DNA of 64,000 nt from an uncultured Bacteroidota bacterium (GTDB lineage Bacteria > Bacteroidota > Bacteroidia > Bacteroidales > WCHB1-69). Below the pieces are notes generated by a model. That model worked only from the letters and a program-made list of their open reading frames with translations. It did no database searches and was not told where the DNA came from. Position numbers and translations under genes: made by a program. Below, one piece after another: positions 9,340-18,511 of the stretch (position 1 is its first letter; the number at the start of each line of letters is the position of its first letter). The stretch lies in NCBI GenBank assembly GCA_902774175.1, contig CACYHG010000004.1:6673-70672 (forward strand). Reading direction: 5' to 3'.

Positions 9340-10563
9340 ATGGCCGAAGAACGAACATATAAGCACATCCCCGCCCTTCGCTTCACCGATTTCGCCAATG
9401 ATGGGGATTGGGAAGTGAAGCGATTGGGAGATTGTTTATTACAAACACCAGATTATGGAATAAATGCACCCGCGGTTCCTTTTTCTAACAATTTGCCGAC
9501 ATATTTGAGAATTACTGACATTTCTGATAATGGGCGTTTTATTAAAGAAGGGAAAGTTTCCGTTGACACCGTTTTAACAAAAGACAATTCCCTTCAAGAT
9601 GGTGATATAGTGTTTGCTAGAACAGGTGCAAGTGTTGGAAAAGTATATAAATATAGAAAAGAAGACGGCCCACTAGTTTTTGCAGGTTTTTTGATACGAG
9701 TTAAACCTAATGAAACCCGATTGAATTCTGGCTTTTTATTTCATTATTTGTTTACAAGTGCATATAAGAAATGGGTTGAGGTAACTTCAACAAGAAGCGG
9801 ACAGCCTGGAATTAATAGTGCTGACATTGCTTCTTTGCCAATTTTCTTTCCTCATCTTACCGAGCAGCAGCACATAGCAGTTTGCCTTTCTGCGGCAGAT
9901 GAAATGATTGCCACCACCAACGGAAAACTCGAACAACTGAAAGCCTACAAGAAAGGTTTGATGCAGAAACTATTCCCCGCCAAAGGCAAAAAACTGCCCG
10001 AACTGCGTTTTAAGGAGTTTGAGAAGGATGGGGAATGGGAAGAAAAGAAGTTGGGAGAGATAGTTAATGTTTTAGATTCTCAGCGCAAGCCTGTGGCAAA
10101 GAATGAGCGTATGAGAGGAAAATATCCGTATTATGGAGCTAATGGTATTCAGGATTATGTTTCTGATTATATTTTTGATGGTTCTTTTTTACTAATGGGT
10201 GAAGATGGGAGTGTCATTAACAAAGATGGCACACCAGTATTACACTGGGCAGAAGGGCGGATTTGGGTTAATAATCATGCACATGTAATGAGTGAAAACT
10301 GTAATGCTGCATATCTCAAATATGTATTTTATGTTCTTTCAAAAGTTGATGTGCAATCTCTGGTTAAGGGAATACCACCAAAAATAAACCAACAAAATAT
10401 GCGTAACATATTATTACTTATTCCATCTTTGCCAGAGCAGGTGAAAATTGCCTCATGCCTTTCCACATTGGATGAAAAGATAAATTCATACAAGGAAAAG
10501 ATTGCTCTATTGGGGCAATATAAAAAAGGATTGATGCAACAACTGTTTCCAACTTCAAAATAA
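9340..10563 (+). CDS. hsdS: Type I restriction-modification specificity subunit (HsdS), two target-recognition domains
   Basis: Two half-repeats each end in a conserved helix: LEQLKAYKKGLMQKLFP and IALLGQYKKGLMQQLFP. It lies between hsdR and hsdM. ATG at 9340 is preferred over the TTG at 9334. Confidence 0.85.
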   Translation: MAEERTYKHIPALRFTDFANDGDWEVKRLGDCLLQTPDYGINAPAVPFSNNLPTYLRITDISDNGRFIKEGKVSVDTVLTKDNSLQDGDIVFARTGASVGKVYKYRKEDGPLVFAGFLIRVKPNETRLNSGFLFHYLFTSAYKKWVEVTSTRSGQPGINSADIASLPIFFPHLTEQQHIAVCLSAADEMIATTNGKLEQLKAYKKGLMQKLFPAKGKKLPELRFKEFEKDGEWEEKKLGEIVNVLDSQRKPVAKNERMRGKYPYYGANGIQDYVSDYIFDGSFLLMGEDGSVINKDGTPVLHWAEGRIWVNNHAHVMSENCNAAYLKYVFYVLSKVDVQSLVKGIPPKINQQNMRNILLLIPSLPEQVKIASCLSTLDEKINSYKEKIALLGQYKKGLMQQLFPTSK

Positions 10564-10573
10564 TTCAAGAGAC

Positions 10574-11704
10574 ATGAAATTGATAGAAATAGCAAAACAG
10601 ATAAGAGAAGCGAAGGAAAGCATATTTCTCATATATGCATTCAATGGCACAGGAAAGACAAGGCTTTCTATTCAATACAAAGAAGATGCAAGAGAACAAC
10701 AGCCTGATGAAAATGGAAAAAGAAAGCAAACTGGAGTTTACTATAATGCCTATAGTGAAGACTTGTTCGTCTGGGATAATGACATTGAACATTCAGAGGA
10801 AAATATCAAGTTGCGTATAGTCCCAAGTAGTCTGAATGAGTCCCATTCATTGATTTATGAAGATGATGTAAGGCTAAAACTAAAACCATATAACCCAAAA
10901 TATGATTTTGTTTTCCATTCGTATGAGGATGACCCGTCAAAGGGTATTGAGTTTATTTCATTTCATTTGGATGACAAAGATGAAAAAAGCATAAAACTAT
11001 CTAGGGGAGAGGAAAGAATCTTTGTTTGGTGTTTTTTCTTGGCTTTGATTGATTCGGAAGGATGGGCGGACAAACAAAATCAGTATATTTTTATTGACGA
11101 TCCTGTTTCAAGCCTTGACGATCATAATATATTTGTGACGGCATTCACTTTGTTTGAACTTATCAAGAAGCATTACGAAACTCGAAAGATTATTATCACG
11201 ACTCACCATATCGGATTTGCAACAATTCTTGGCAATTGGCTAACGGATCCAAGTAATCATTTCAGAGGGAATAAAGGGAATAATAAATATCAACTCAGGG
11301 GATTATCATTAGATAATGGTGACTACTCGTTTGTTAGTTTTGCTGATAAGGCGGTTTGGCTTTATCATTTGAGAATGTTACAGGTTTTGGACAAAGCTAT
11401 TCAAGATGATGCAGATGATAGTTCGGAGAATGGAATTGAGGTCTATCATATGGCAATTTTGAGACAGATTTTGGAGAATATTTCTTCGTTTTTAGGTGTC
11501 GGAAGGATTGGTTTTGTGTTGGAACAAATTGGATATAGTAAAGAAGAGGCAGATAGAATAGCTCTTGAAGACAATGCTTTAACTCATAGGAATGTGTATT
11601 TCCCGCAATCCGATATCATGGTTCCTGATAATAAGAACCTGTTAATAGATGTGTTTAATAGAATTATCGAAAAGTATCATTTTGATTATAAAAGAATGCA
11701 ATAA
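10574..11704 (+). CDS. prrC: PrrC-type anticodon nuclease (ABC-like NTPase N-domain plus C-terminal ACNase domain)
   Basis: Walker A is LIYAFNGTGKTRLS, followed by YYNAYSEDLFVWDND. The signature-like motif is KLSRGEE, Walker B plus D-loop is YIFIDDPVSSLDDHN, and the H-loop is IITTHH. The C-terminal ILRQILENISSFLG (R-x3-E) and LTHRN (His) parallel the Arg320/Glu324/His356 triad of E. coli PrrC as I recall it. It is inserted between hsdS and hsdM with 10-nt and 3-nt gaps. Confidence 0.8.
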   Translation: MKLIEIAKQIREAKESIFLIYAFNGTGKTRLSIQYKEDAREQQPDENGKRKQTGVYYNAYSEDLFVWDNDIEHSEENIKLRIVPSSLNESHSLIYEDDVRLKLKPYNPKYDFVFHSYEDDPSKGIEFISFHLDDKDEKSIKLSRGEERIFVWCFFLALIDSEGWADKQNQYIFIDDPVSSLDDHNIFVTAFTLFELIKKHYETRKIIITTHHIGFATILGNWLTDPSNHFRGNKGNNKYQLRGLSLDNGDYSFVSFADKAVWLYHLRMLQVLDKAIQDDADDSSENGIEVYHMAILRQILENISSFLGVGRIGFVLEQIGYSKEEADRIALEDNALTHRNVYFPQSDIMVPDNKNLLIDVFNRIIEKYHFDYKRMQ

Positions 11705-11707
11705 AAT

Positions 11708-13291
11708 ATGACACAAAATAACCAACAAGAACTCGGTAAGACCCTTTGGAACATCGCCAACAACCTGCGCGGTGCAATGATGGCGGATGATTTCCGCGAT
11801 TATATGTTGTCATTCCTTTTCTGGAAATACCTGTCGGATAATTATATAAAATCAGCACAAAAGGAACTGGGCTCGGATTATACAGCCTTGCAAGTATGGT
11901 ATAAAGAAAATCCCAACGATACGCTGTTGTTTGAACGACAAATGCGGCGCAAGATTCATTATGTTATTGAGCCTCAATATCTTTGGGACAACGTTGTGGA
12001 ACTTGCCCGCACACAAAGCAATGATTTGCTTCAAACGTTGCAAGACGGTTTCAAATATATTGAAAATGAGTCGTTTGAAAGTTCGTTCAAGGGGTTGTTC
12101 TCTGAAATCAACCTGAATTCGGAGAAGTTGGGCAAGAACTACACCGAACGCAATGCACTTTTGTGCAAGGTCATCAAGACCATTGCCGACGGCCTTGCAG
12201 AGACCCCTTCGGACTCCGATGATCTGGGTGATGCCTACGAATACTTGATAGGTCAGTTTGCGGCAGGTTCGGGGCAAAAAGCAGGTGAGTTCTACACACC
12301 GCAAATGATTTCAACTATCCTTTCTCGTATCGTCACCCTCGACTGTCAAGACCCCACAACGGGCAAAAAGAAACGCATTGATAAAGTGCTCGACTTTGCT
12401 TGCGGTTCGGGCTCGTTGCTGCTGAATGTGCGCCGAGAAATGAAAGACCATGCTATCGGCAAGATTTACGGTCAAGAGAAAAACATCACTACCTACAACC
12501 TTGCCCGAATGAACATGCTGCTGCATGGTGTGAAGGACACAGAATTTGAAATCCACCACGGTGATTCGCTTGCCAATGATTGGGACATTCTCAACGAGCA
12601 GAATCCCGCCAAGAAGATGCAGTTTGACGCAGTGGTTGCCAATCCACCTTTCAGTCTGCGCTGGGATCCGACGGAAGAAACCGCCAAAGATTTCCGTTTC
12701 AATCGCTATGGAGTGGCACCCAAGTCCGCCGCCGATTTTGCTTTCTTGTTGCATGGTTTCCACTTCTTGAGCGACAACGGCACGATGGCCATCATACTGC
12801 CTCACGGCGTGTTGTTCCGTGGCGGCAAGGAAGAAGTCATCCGCAAGAAACTGCTTGAAGACGACAACATCGATGCCGTCATTGGCCTGCCTGCCAACTT
12901 GTTCTATTCCACCGGCATTCCGGTGTGCATCCTTGTGTTGAAGAAATGCCGCAAGAACGACAAGATTCTGTTCATCAATGCTAGCGGAGAGGAGCATTAC
13001 GAGAAAGGCAAACGCCAGAACTACCTTCGAGTCAAGAATGTGGATAAGATTGTGGAAACTTATCAATTCCGCAAAGAGGAACCGCGTTTCTCTCGCTTGG
13101 TTTCATTGGCGGAAATCAAGGAAAACGACTACAACCTCAATATCACACGCTATGTCAACCTGTCGAAGGAAGAAGAACAGATTGACCTTGAAGTCGTTAC
13201 CAAGCAACTGCATGAAACGGATGCAAAAATTGAGGAATCACGAGGCAAACTCAATGTGTTTTTGAAGGAGTTGGGGTTGGAGGAGATATAG
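11708..13291 (+). CDS. hsdM: Type I R-M N6-adenine DNA methyltransferase subunit (HsdM)
   Basis: The AdoMet motif is LDFACGSGSLLLN and the catalytic motif is VVANPPFS. The N-terminal HsdM_N-like segment is LWNIANNLRG. Confidence 0.92.
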   Translation: MTQNNQQELGKTLWNIANNLRGAMMADDFRDYMLSFLFWKYLSDNYIKSAQKELGSDYTALQVWYKENPNDTLLFERQMRRKIHYVIEPQYLWDNVVELARTQSNDLLQTLQDGFKYIENESFESSFKGLFSEINLNSEKLGKNYTERNALLCKVIKTIADGLAETPSDSDDLGDAYEYLIGQFAAGSGQKAGEFYTPQMISTILSRIVTLDCQDPTTGKKKRIDKVLDFACGSGSLLLNVRREMKDHAIGKIYGQEKNITTYNLARMNMLLHGVKDTEFEIHHGDSLANDWDILNEQNPAKKMQFDAVVANPPFSLRWDPTEETAKDFRFNRYGVAPKSAADFAFLLHGFHFLSDNGTMAIILPHGVLFRGGKEEVIRKKLLEDDNIDAVIGLPANLFYSTGIPVCILVLKKCRKNDKILFINASGEEHYEKGKRQNYLRVKNVDKIVETYQFRKEEPRFSRLVSLAEIKENDYNLNITRYVNLSKEEEQIDLEVVTKQLHETDAKIEESRGKLNVFLKELGLEEI

Positions 13292-13353
13292 AGTCAAAAT
13301 TATGGAGTGTAAAACTCAAATTAAAGGTTGAAAAAAAACATAAAGAACATATT

Positions 13354-14181
13354 ATGGGCAAAACAATAACAACCTATTTGATAGACGGTGACCCGAAAGG
13401 CACCCAATACGTGTTCATCAGCAATAAGATTTGCCAGATGTATGTGATTCCTCGTTCCAACCTCTCGATTCTGAATGAGCGACAGGAATTGCAGACCCCG
13501 GCATTTTATATTCTGTTGGGCGAGGATGAGACCACAAAGCCAAAGGCATACATCGGTGAGACAGAGAATTTCCGCGAGCGAGTGAAAGACCACGACAGTA
13601 AGAAAGAGTTTTGGCAAAAGGCACTGCTGTTTATCTCGAAAGATGCTGCTATGACAAAGGCTGACGTACAGTATTTGGAATATCGTGCTATCACAGAAGC
13701 GAAAACCTCAAATACGTTTGTTCTAAATGAGAACAAACAGTCACCCAAGGCTCCCAATCTTCCAGAATTCAGGAAGGACGATATGGACGCTTTCTTTGAA
13801 GATGTTAAATTCCTCACATCTTTTGTTGGCTGCAATATTTTTGATGTAGCCATACCTAAAGAAGAGCATCTTTTCTACACAAAGGGGCGTGGTTGTGATG
13901 CCAGAGGTTTCTATGATGCCAATGGTTTTACCGTATTAAAAGGAAGCATTGTTGCCAAAACATCTGTCCCTTCGCTCGATTGGAAAGAGAAACGTGCAAA
14001 CCTTCTCAAAGATTACACTATATCCAATGGCGACAAGTTGGAATTGGAAACAGACAAAACTTTCCCAAGTCCTAGCACCGCATCAATGTTTGTTTTAGGC
14101 CGTCCTTCCAATGGCTGGACCGATTGGAAAGATAAAGATGGACATACTTTGGATGATGTGTATAGGAAACAATTAGAATAA
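13354..14181 (+). CDS. GIY-YIG nuclease-like protein with a DUF4357-like C-terminus
   Basis: The GIY-YIG-like elements are PAFYILLGED...KAYIGETENFRERVKDH. The C-terminal FPSPSTASMFVLGRPSNGWTDWKDKDG resembles DUF4357. Confidence 0.7.
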   Translation: MGKTITTYLIDGDPKGTQYVFISNKICQMYVIPRSNLSILNERQELQTPAFYILLGEDETTKPKAYIGETENFRERVKDHDSKKEFWQKALLFISKDAAMTKADVQYLEYRAITEAKTSNTFVLNENKQSPKAPNLPEFRKDDMDAFFEDVKFLTSFVGCNIFDVAIPKEEHLFYTKGRGCDARGFYDANGFTVLKGSIVAKTSVPSLDWKEKRANLLKDYTISNGDKLELETDKTFPSPSTASMFVLGRPSNGWTDWKDKDGHTLDDVYRKQLE

Positions 14182-14352
14182 ATGATTGAAACACCATGAC
14201 TACCAACAGGAAAACATCGGAGTTTGTCACCCCGCAACCATTGGTTTTATACAACACGAGGCACACTCCTATTTTTCATTTTGCCTGTGCATCCAACAAT
14301 CAATCAGCGGTAAAAATCGCCAATGAAATAATTGAGAAAAAAAAGAAATAAA

Positions 14353-15090
14353 ATGAAAACAACAATAATTGAATGGACGGACAAGACTTGGAATCCCATA
14401 ACGGGATGCACCAAAAAGTCAGCTGGTTGCGCACACTGCTATGCGGAAGTGATGTCGCGGAGGCTGAAGGCCATGCGACTTGAAAAATACCGCAACGGCT
14501 TTGAGCTGACACTGCATGAGGACGATCTGTACGAACCTCTCCAATGGAAGAAATCGCACAACATCTTCGTGTGTTCCATGAGTGACATCTTTCACGAGAA
14601 GGTCCCGTTTGAATTTGTGGATAAGATTTTGCAAACAATAGAACAGACACCACAGCACCGCTATCAGATTTTGACCAAACGTTCGGAGAGAATGGCGGAA
14701 TATTTCAAATCGAGGAAAATACCAAATAATGTCTGGTTAGGAGCGACTGTGGAATGCAGGGATTCTAAAAAAAGGATTGACGATTTGAGGTCATTTGATG
14801 CCACGGTTAAATTTCTCTCCTGCGAACCCCTAATTGAGGATTTGGGCACCTTGAACCTTGATGGCATAGACTGGGTGATTGTAGGCGGCGAAAGCGGACC
14901 TTTTGCACGACCGATGAAACCTGAATGGGTAGTCAGTATCAAAGAACAAGTCGAGCAGCAAGGGGCTTCGTTTTTTTTCAAACAATGGGGAACCTGGGGA
15001 AGCGATGGCAAAAAACGCAGCAAACATGCGAACGGAAAGCTGTTGCAAGGAAAAGTAATACAACAAATGCCTGACACAAAAAACATATAA
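14353..15090 (+). CDS. DUF5131 / phage Gp37-Gp68 family protein
   Basis: IEWTDKTWNPITGCTKKSAGCAHCYAE (C-x6-C-x2-C) and WVIVGGESGP...FFFKQWG are characteristic of this family as I recall it. ATG at 14353 is preferred over the upstream alternative start at 14332. Confidence 0.75.
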   Translation: MKTTIIEWTDKTWNPITGCTKKSAGCAHCYAEVMSRRLKAMRLEKYRNGFELTLHEDDLYEPLQWKKSHNIFVCSMSDIFHEKVPFEFVDKILQTIEQTPQHRYQILTKRSERMAEYFKSRKIPNNVWLGATVECRDSKKRIDDLRSFDATVKFLSCEPLIEDLGTLNLDGIDWVIVGGESGPFARPMKPEWVVSIKEQVEQQGASFFFKQWGTWGSDGKKRSKHANGKLLQGKVIQQMPDTKNI

Positions 15091-15540
15091 AATCAATACA
15101 TCATGTCACGATTAAGCGATTTGTGCAAGGCAAGTGAGGGAATAAATGAGGGAATAAATGACAAACAAACGATATGACATCAAATAAAGATAACAATGTT
15201 TTATGACCAAAGAGATAAAAAAGACAAATAAAGAGGTCGTTTCCACATTAAATTATAGAATTGTGCCATTTGAAACAGCACAAAATCAACCTTTTCAATT
15301 TGTGCCAATTCAATTGTCACAAATTCCCGAGGTGCATTTCAGTACTGGATGGACAAAACATCAAACTGCCCAACAAATAAGATCGAAGTGTAATAAAAGC
15401 TATTCTGGAACAATATGACAAACACCAACACAACACCTACCAACGAAAATCAATTCATATTATACCAACTTCCAGAGGAAGAAGGGGTAATACAAGTGGT
15501 TATTAAAGACATTACAAAAAAATTAAACACCCAAACCATC

Positions 15541-16272
15541 ATGAAAAGATTTATGCTTTTGGTCACAGCGGTGGCCGTTACGGTGATGAGCTCCTTTGCG
15601 CAACGCGACAGCGTCATCCCCTATTTGAGCGTCAGCGAACTGCCAAACCTGATAAAGTGCCTGCCACCTCCGCCCTCCAGCAACAGCCCTGAGTTCGCAT
15701 ACGACGTGCTGCGCTACCAATGGGGAAAGACACAGCGTCTGAACCCCGAACGCGCCGCCATCGCCAAGCGCGACGCCGTATGGTCATACGAGGCGCTGCT
15801 GGCGGAGTTCAACGTCCCGTTCGGCATGACCATCTCCAAAACGGAGACACCTGAAATATGGAAACTTTTGGAAACCAGCCTTGTCACCACTGACCAGATG
15901 CGTGTGGCACCAAAAAAGTACTATCACCGCACACGTCCGTTCGAGATGTACGAAGAGCATCTGCTCTCCCCTGAAACCGAGGCGGATCTGCGCGGAGAAG
16001 GAAGCTATCCGTCAGGACATACGGCCCGAGGCTGGATGGCGGCACTGCTGTTGGCGGAAATCAATCCGGCCCGTGCCGACACCATCTTCGCACGAGGATG
16101 GATGTACGGCGAGAGCCGCGTCATAGAGGGTGCGCACTGGCAAAGCGACGTGGATGCCAGCCGGGTGGCGGCCAGCATAGGCTACGCGGCCCTGCAGAAC
16201 AGCGAGGCATTCCGCAAACAGGTGGAAAAGGCCAAGGCAGAGTTTGCACGTAAAAGCGGTAAGAAAAAATAG
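15541..16272 (+). CDS. Class A non-specific acid phosphatase (PAP2 family), secreted
   Basis: The PAP2 motifs are KKYYHRTRPF, YPSGHTARG and SRVIEGAHWQSDV. The signal peptide MKRFMLLVTAVAVTVMSSFAQ starts at ATG 15541. The track ORF start at 15415 adds unrelated upstream sequence. Confidence 0.85.
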   Translation: MKRFMLLVTAVAVTVMSSFAQRDSVIPYLSVSELPNLIKCLPPPPSSNSPEFAYDVLRYQWGKTQRLNPERAAIAKRDAVWSYEALLAEFNVPFGMTISKTETPEIWKLLETSLVTTDQMRVAPKKYYHRTRPFEMYEEHLLSPETEADLRGEGSYPSGHTARGWMAALLLAEINPARADTIFARGWMYGESRVIEGAHWQSDVDASRVAASIGYAALQNSEAFRKQVEKAKAEFARKSGKKK

Positions 16273-16277
16273 ACATC

Positions 16278-17378
16278 ATGGATCGTAATTCGCAAATAAT
16301 CAGAACAAGTGTCATTGGCATTATCGCCAATGTGCTGTTGGCTGCTTTTAAAGCCATTGTAGGAATCATCGCCAACAGTGTGGCCATCGTTATGGATGCC
16401 GTGAACAACCTGAGCGACGCGCTGTCAAGCGTCATCACAATTGTCGGAGCCAAGCTGTCGCAGCGGCCCGCCGACAACAAGCATCCCTTCGGCCACGGGC
16501 GGATTGAATATTTCAGCGCAATCATCATTGCAGTAATAGTACTTTCGGCAGGTATCACATCACTCATCGAATCGGTGAAAAAGATTTTTGAACCTGTCAT
16601 CCCCACCTATAGCGCCACCACGCTTATTGTCATCATTGTGGCGATTGCGGTCAAACTGATATTGGGAGAATATGTGAAGCGCAAGGGCAAACAGCTGAAA
16701 AGCGACGCGCTGACCGCCTCCGGCTCCGACGCGCTGTTTGATGCGGCCATCACACTCACAACGTTGATTTCGGCCGGCATAATGCTGATATGGAACGTGT
16801 CGCTTGACGGCATTCTCAGCACGCTGATTTCCGCAGTTATCATCAAGGCGGGTATTGAGATGCTGGCTTCGCCCGTGAACGAGCTGCTCGGCGCAAGGGT
16901 TCCCGCAGAACTGACAAGACAGATAAAGGAAGAGGTAAGCGCAATTGAGGGAGTCCACGGCGTTTTCGACCTGATATTGCACAACTACGGCCCGGAAGTG
17001 ATGATCGGTTCGCTCCACATAAATGTTTACGACACATTATCCGCCTACGACATACATGGCCTGTCCCGTAAAATTTCCATGCAGATGTACGAAAAACATG
17101 GCATAATCATGTCGATAGGCATCTATGCCATCTCCACCGGCGAAAACCAGCGCACGGAATTGCAGTCAAAAGTGATGGAAAAACTCTCCGCGCATAAGGA
17201 AATCATTCAGATTCACGGTTTCTACTGCTCGGAGAAGGAAAAAATGTTTTCCGTGGATGTCGTCCCAGACATGAGCGTCCACAACGATGCCGCCCTGTCC
17301 GCCTCACTTGTCAGCGAACTGCAGCCGCTTGCCCCCGACATGCGGGTGACAGTTGTCATAGACCATAATTATTGCTGA
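16278..17378 (+). CDS. Cation diffusion facilitator (CDF) family metal efflux transporter
   Basis: The N-terminal TM domain has IANSVAIVMDAVNNLSDA and HPFGHGRIEY. A C-terminal cytoplasmic domain follows. Confidence 0.85.
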   Translation: MDRNSQIIRTSVIGIIANVLLAAFKAIVGIIANSVAIVMDAVNNLSDALSSVITIVGAKLSQRPADNKHPFGHGRIEYFSAIIIAVIVLSAGITSLIESVKKIFEPVIPTYSATTLIVIIVAIAVKLILGEYVKRKGKQLKSDALTASGSDALFDAAITLTTLISAGIMLIWNVSLDGILSTLISAVIIKAGIEMLASPVNELLGARVPAELTRQIKEEVSAIEGVHGVFDLILHNYGPEVMIGSLHINVYDTLSAYDIHGLSRKISMQMYEKHGIIMSIGIYAISTGENQRTELQSKVMEKLSAHKEIIQIHGFYCSEKEKMFSVDVVPDMSVHNDAALSASLVSELQPLAPDMRVTVVIDHNYC

Positions 17379-17398
17379 TTTCCAATAAACAACATAAG

Positions 17399-18142
17399 AT
17401 GACCGAAACGCTTATACGCTACGCGCAACAATACGAGACTGTGGATTTCCTCAACGGGGATCCGTCATGGTTCATGCATCAGGTTGAAGGCAGGGAGAAT
17501 CAGGAGACAATGGCCTTCCTCGCCTCCTGCCTGAGCTACGGCAGCCGCAGACAGTTCATGCCAAAAATCCGGCAGCTGCTTGACAGCTCGGAAGGGAAGC
17601 CCTACGAATGGGTGCGAAACGGAGGCTACGGGAAAATGTTTTGTCCGGATGACGGGCACTGTTTCTACCGCCTTTACACAAACGCCACCATGTGCCGTTT
17701 CCTGACCGCCTACCGGCAGCTGCTCACCGACTACAGGACTCTTGGCGACTATGTCCGGCAGAACGCCTCCGACGGCTTCGGCGCGGTGAAGGCGATTTGC
17801 GGCTATTTCGGCGGTAAAGGTGTCAGCGTGGTGGTGCCGAAGGACACGCAGTCGGCCTGCAAACGCGTCTGCATGTTCCTGCGCTGGATGGTGCGCGACA
17901 ACTCCCCCGTTGACCTTGGCCTGTGGGCGGACTTTATCGACCGCCGCACACTGATCATGCCGCTTGACACACATGTTTTGGCCGAAGCCATGCGACTCGG
18001 CCTGCTCAACAGCCGCAACGCCACGATGAGCGCCGCCATAAAACTTACAGAATCATTGGCCAAAATCTTCCCAGACGACCCGCTGCGCGGCGATTTCGCG
18101 CTGTTCGGTTACGGGGTAAACAACTCTTTGCCTAAAAAATAA
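17399..18142 (+). CDS. TIGR02757/DUF2400-like protein (function unknown)
   Basis: GDPSWFMHQV...ETMAFLASCLSYGSRRQF resembles the DUF2400 N-terminal signature. ATG at 17399 is preferred over the TTG at 17372. Confidence 0.55.
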   Translation: MTETLIRYAQQYETVDFLNGDPSWFMHQVEGRENQETMAFLASCLSYGSRRQFMPKIRQLLDSSEGKPYEWVRNGGYGKMFCPDDGHCFYRLYTNATMCRFLTAYRQLLTDYRTLGDYVRQNASDGFGAVKAICGYFGGKGVSVVVPKDTQSACKRVCMFLRWMVRDNSPVDLGLWADFIDRRTLIMPLDTHVLAEAMRLGLLNSRNATMSAAIKLTESLAKIFPDDPLRGDFALFGYGVNNSLPKK

Positions 18143-18174
18143 AGCTACAACAAACGACAAGACAGAAACATAAC

Positions 18175-18489
18175 ATGAAGAAAGTACGCATCACCGCAGT
18201 CCGTCAGACAGTTTACCATGACCTGACGGCAAAATACGAAAACCCTATCGAACACACCTGCGATGTGAGGGAGGGGCAGCAATGGCTCTCCATTGACGGA
18301 ATGTGCCCGGAAGGGTTGTGCCCCTCGGCATGGGGATCCATGCGCGAATTCGTGGAATCGCTGGCACGGGGTGAAGGCAACTTCTACGACGGCTGGATGC
18401 GCAACCCAATGAGCGCAATGATCAGCTGCAACGACGGTTTCCGCCCGTTCAGCTTCTACATCGAAGCCTTGGAAGAATCTGACCACTAA
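18175..18489 (+). CDS. TIGR04076-like small Cys-rich protein
   Basis: The protein is 104 aa. The pattern C-x..CPEGLCPSAW...ISCNDGFRPFSF matches my recollection of TIGR04076. Confidence 0.5.
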   Translation: MKKVRITAVRQTVYHDLTAKYENPIEHTCDVREGQQWLSIDGMCPEGLCPSAWGSMREFVESLARGEGNFYDGWMRNPMSAMISCNDGFRPFSFYIEALEESDH

Positions 18490-18511
18490 TTATTTAAAAT
18501 ATTGTATAATC

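Noticed and set aside
15203-15418. 71-aa plus-strand ORF in the island's right-edge debris
   Set aside because: It has low-complexity composition, no family resemblance, and lies in a region that appears to be decayed sequence.
4586-15540. Search for flanking att-like direct repeats, an integrase or a tRNA that would define the R-M island as a mobile element
   Set aside because: No convincing shared sequence of 12 nt or more was seen between the two borders by eye. No recombinase gene or tRNA is present in the window, so mobility cannot be claimed.
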